The notes under the pieces are model-generated. The model did not search any database. It was not told the origin of the DNA and worked only from the letters and a program-made list of their open reading frames with translations. A DNA stretch of 36,156 nucleotides from a virus (lineage: Duplodnaviria; Caudoviricetes), in the IMG/VR virus record IMGVR_UViG_3300010052_000175, positions 1 through 36,156 of that record; one strand, written 5' to 3'. Numbering within the stretch: the first letter of the stretch is position 1; each line of letters begins with the position of its first letter. A program made the translations under genes and the position numbers. Below are positions 33,378 through 36,156 of this stretch, piece by piece.

Positions 33378-35425
33378 ACTGGCTTCAGAGAACCATCGTC
33401 AAAGCCCTCAGCATCAAGTGGTTGCCCGGCAGCCAGGCCCACAACCAGCTGCTGCGGCGCACTCGTTTCGACTACCGCAAGGAAGTCGGCGACATGCTCG
33501 ATGCCTCGGTGGTGACGGCTCCCATCCAGTGGGTGCAGCGCTCGCTGCCGGAGGCTCGGCTCACGGTTCATCGGCGCGCGCGCGATGGCTCCCATACTGA
33601 GGCGACCGATCACCCCATGCTGGAGCTAATCCAGCGCCCGAACCCGTACTATGGCGACCTCTCGCTTTGGTCGGGCACGGTGTTCTCGTACCTCGCGGAT
33701 GGCAACGGATACTGGATAAAGCTGCGCAACCTCATTGGCCGCCCTGGGGAGCTATGGTGGGTGCCGCACTGGACGATGGAGCCAAAGGGTTCCGACGACG
33801 GCTCTGTGTTCATTGACCGCTACGAGTATCGACCCGGCAACGGTGACGTCATCACCTATGCGCCTTCTGATATCGTGCATTTCCGGCACGGCATCGACCC
33901 ACGGAACCCGCGCAAGGGCGTGTCGCCGATCGGCGGCGGCATCCGCGAAATCTTCATGGACCTCGAAAGCTCGAACTTCGTGGCATCGCTGCTGCGCAAC
34001 ATGGGCACGCCGGGCATGGTGATCTCACCGAAGGCGGGCGGCGTCGTGCCGGTCGAGGATGTAGAAGCCACCAAGACCTGGATCAAACAGGCCTTCGGCG
34101 GCGACCGTCGCGGTGAACCGCTGGTTATGGGCGCTCCCACCGATGTCTATCCCTACGGCTTCAACCCGCAGCAGATGAATATGAGCGAGGCGCGGGACAT
34201 CGCAGAGGAGCGCATCTGCGCCTTGATCGGCATCCCCGCGGCCGTGGTCGGCTTCGGCGCCGGGCTGCAGTCTACCAAGGTGGGCGCGACGATGGAGGAA
34301 CTGCGCAAGCTGGCTTGGCAGAACGGCGTGCTGCCGGTGGGTCGCGTGTTCGCCGATGAGCTCGACCGATCGCTGTTGCCAGACTTCGGCAATGCGTCGG
34401 GCCTCCGCACGGCGTGGGATACATCCGAGGTTCAGGCGCTTCAGGATGACCTGGTTAAGCTGGCGACCCGCCTCAACACCGCCATCGGGGGCGGCTGGGC
34501 GCAGGTTGCCGAGGGCCGTGACGCCATGGGATGGGAGGTCACTGATGCTGACCGCATCTATTTGCGACCCGCCATGGCAATCGAGACACCCGCGAAGGGC
34601 GCCAAGTCGCTCCCGGGACCGACCGAGACCAAGGCAATTGCCAGCCGTCAGGCCCGTGCGACGGGCCGCGCTTTCGTCGCCACGCTGCAGCGGCAAGAGG
34701 ACGGCCTGGCGAAAGCCATGGATGGTCGCCTCGGCAAGTTCTTCGCCGGCTTCGGGAAGGCCGCCTCAAAGGCCGCCCGGCCAATCCTCGATCGCGCGGA
34801 CCTGTCACCTAAGCAGCTTCTGATTGTCGAGCAGAAAGCAGATGACGACGTAGTTGAGGCGATCCTCCAAGCGCTCGGGATTGAGGCGCATCAGGCCACA
34901 TTCAAAGGTCTCTATGAGGGACACTTCCTCGACGTGGCCAAGGCGGTCTCTGACGCCGCCGAGCTTGCCGGCATCAGCGGCAGTTTGCCAGACCCTGTTG
35001 CCCGAGCTGTGACCGCTGCCGGGGGCCGGCGATCGGGCCTCGTCGACCTCGGAAAGCAGTCCCGCGCCGCCTTGTTTGATGCCATTGCCGAGGGTCGCGC
35101 GGCAGGCGAAGGCGCAGCGGCGCTCGCGGCTCGGATCGCCGAGCATATCGAGGCCGGCCCGTGGGGAACTGTCGAGACCCGTGCCCGGACCATCGCTCGC
35201 ACCGAAACCAAGTACGCCCAGAACGTCTCGACCATCGAGCGCGCCAAAGCAGCGAACGTTGATCAGTTCATTGTCTTTGACGGTCGGCTCGGGCCCGGCC
35301 GCTCGCTGGTCGATCACATCGCTCGCGACGGCTCGATCGTCACCGCTGTGCAGGCCGAGCAGATGGCGGCCGACGAGCATCCCAACGGCACCCTTAGCTT
35401 TGCACCCCACTTCGGCGAGGACTGA
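33374..35425 (+). CDS. HK97-family portal fused to MuF/SPP1 gp7-like head morphogenesis domain
   Basis: LIQRPNPY, GNGYW, DIVHFR, GVSPI, ICALIGIP; C-terminal RARTIARTET and EHPNG. Confidence 0.9.
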   Translation: MNWLQRTIVKALSIKWLPGSQAHNQLLRRTRFDYRKEVGDMLDASVVTAPIQWVQRSLPEARLTVHRRARDGSHTEATDHPMLELIQRPNPYYGDLSLWSGTVFSYLADGNGYWIKLRNLIGRPGELWWVPHWTMEPKGSDDGSVFIDRYEYRPGNGDVITYAPSDIVHFRHGIDPRNPRKGVSPIGGGIREIFMDLESSNFVASLLRNMGTPGMVISPKAGGVVPVEDVEATKTWIKQAFGGDRRGEPLVMGAPTDVYPYGFNPQQMNMSEARDIAEERICALIGIPAAVVGFGAGLQSTKVGATMEELRKLAWQNGVLPVGRVFADELDRSLLPDFGNASGLRTAWDTSEVQALQDDLVKLATRLNTAIGGGWAQVAEGRDAMGWEVTDADRIYLRPAMAIETPAKGAKSLPGPTETKAIASRQARATGRAFVATLQRQEDGLAKAMDGRLGKFFAGFGKAASKAARPILDRADLSPKQLLIVEQKADDDVVEAILQALGIEAHQATFKGLYEGHFLDVAKAVSDAAELAGISGSLPDPVARAVTAAGGRRSGLVDLGKQSRAALFDAIAEGRAAGEGAAALAARIAEHIEAGPWGTVETRARTIARTETKYAQNVSTIERAKAANVDQFIVFDGRLGPGRSLVDHIARDGSIVTAVQAEQMAADEHPNGTLSFAPHFGED

Positions 35426-35427
35426 AC

Positions 35428-36156
35428 ATGAAGACCGAATTCAAGAGTATCCACGTCGAGAAGATGGACGACGCCGGCAACGGTCTCGCCCGCCTCGCGA
35501 CCCTGGCAGCCATCGACCACGATGGCGACACGTATTCGCCCGGCGCCTTCAGCTGGAAGAACGCCGGCGGGCAGTGGGCACCGATGCTGCCCGCCCACGA
35601 CCGCAAGGCCATGCCGTTCGGCAAGGCACGTGTGTACGAAGACGGCGGCGTCGCCTATGCAGAGCTCCACCTCAATCTCGACATTACCGCTGGCAAGGAG
35701 TGGCACTCGCAGCTCCGCTTCGACCTCGCCACAGGACAGCCAGCGCAGGAATGGTCGTACGGCTTCGGTATCGGAGAGGCTGTCTTTGAGCAGCGTGGCG
35801 ACGAGCGCGTGAGGGTCCTCAAGCAGGTGGACGTGCACGAGGTTTCTCCGGTTGTCCGGGGCGCCGGCTTTGGTACCGCTACGCTGTCGATGAAGGGGCG
35901 CGGCAGCTTCGCCGAACAACTGGACGACGCCATCGCGGAACTCGATGACCTGGTGGGGCGGGCCGGCGACATCGCCAAGCTTCGCGACGATCAGGGGCGT
36001 GACATGAGCAAGGCTCGGCTGGCTCAACTGGCCGAGGTCAAGTCGCGGCTCGACACCCTCCTAGCGTCGGCCTCCGCTGGCTCCGGCGACCCGGTGGCTA
36101 AAGCCATGGCCGCTAGTTTCCTGACCCGCGCAGCACAGCGCCGGCTAGGTCGGTGA
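35428..36156 (+). CDS. HK97-type prohead protease (S78) with C-terminal helical extension
   Basis: DHDGD...PGAF, LPAHD, EWSYGF, HEVSPV..GA. Confidence 0.9.
   Translation: MKTEFKSIHVEKMDDAGNGLARLATLAAIDHDGDTYSPGAFSWKNAGGQWAPMLPAHDRKAMPFGKARVYEDGGVAYAELHLNLDITAGKEWHSQLRFDLATGQPAQEWSYGFGIGEAVFEQRGDERVRVLKQVDVHEVSPVVRGAGFGTATLSMKGRGSFAEQLDDAIAELDDLVGRAGDIAKLRDDQGRDMSKARLAQLAEVKSRLDTLLASASAGSGDPVAKAMAASFLTRAAQRRLGR

Larger units (their letters stand above)
1..36156. mobile_element. Mu-like transposable prophage/phage with HK97-type head and siphovirus tail; ends not visible
   Basis: MuA DDE transposase, MuB ATPase, gp16/GemA, Mor, gp26, gp27 and gp28-like genes plus complete head, tail and lysis modules; no host housekeeping genes. 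Confidence 0.95.

Noticed and set aside
1-36156. Mu ends, invertase/invertible fibre cassette, diversity-generating retroelement, CRISPR array, Gam, Com, integrase
   Set aside because: No terminal TG/CA with repeats in the window; no recombinase, reverse transcriptase, repeat-spacer array or matching ORFs seen

Overview
The whole window is a near-complete, GC-rich transposable (Mu-like) siphovirus prophage or phage, probably of an alphaproteobacterium (inferred from gene families and promoter style). It is trimmed at gene boundaries, so the TG...CA Mu ends are not visible. A central CI/Cro switch (19.3-20.3 kb) separates two outward-reading arms. The right arm (+) carries cII-like, ParB-like, MuA, MuB, DUF3164, GemA/gp16, a Mor/C activator, SAR endolysin, spanins, TraR-like, Mu gp25/26/27/28 (terminase), an HK97-type portal fused to a MuF domain, and an HK97-type prohead protease. 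The left arm (-) carries an HK97-type major capsid, neck, a non-contractile tail, a modular tail fibre and a D12-class DNA adenine methylase, met head-on by a three-gene inward operon. Highlights: (1) the head operon is split, with protease and capsid about 17 kb apart on opposite strands, equivalent to inverting half of a Mu-type genome; (2) a Mu terminase is paired with an HK97-type head; (3) three copies of a conserved activator-dependent late promoter serve both arms; (4) a four-way-junction antisense RNA candidate lies upstream of the methylase; (5) a 46-aa antisense moron has its own promoter and operator; (6) the tail fibre shows nested domain insertions; (7) a 22-bp perfect palindrome makes two convergent genes end identically. 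All family calls come from motif recognition by eye, not database searches.
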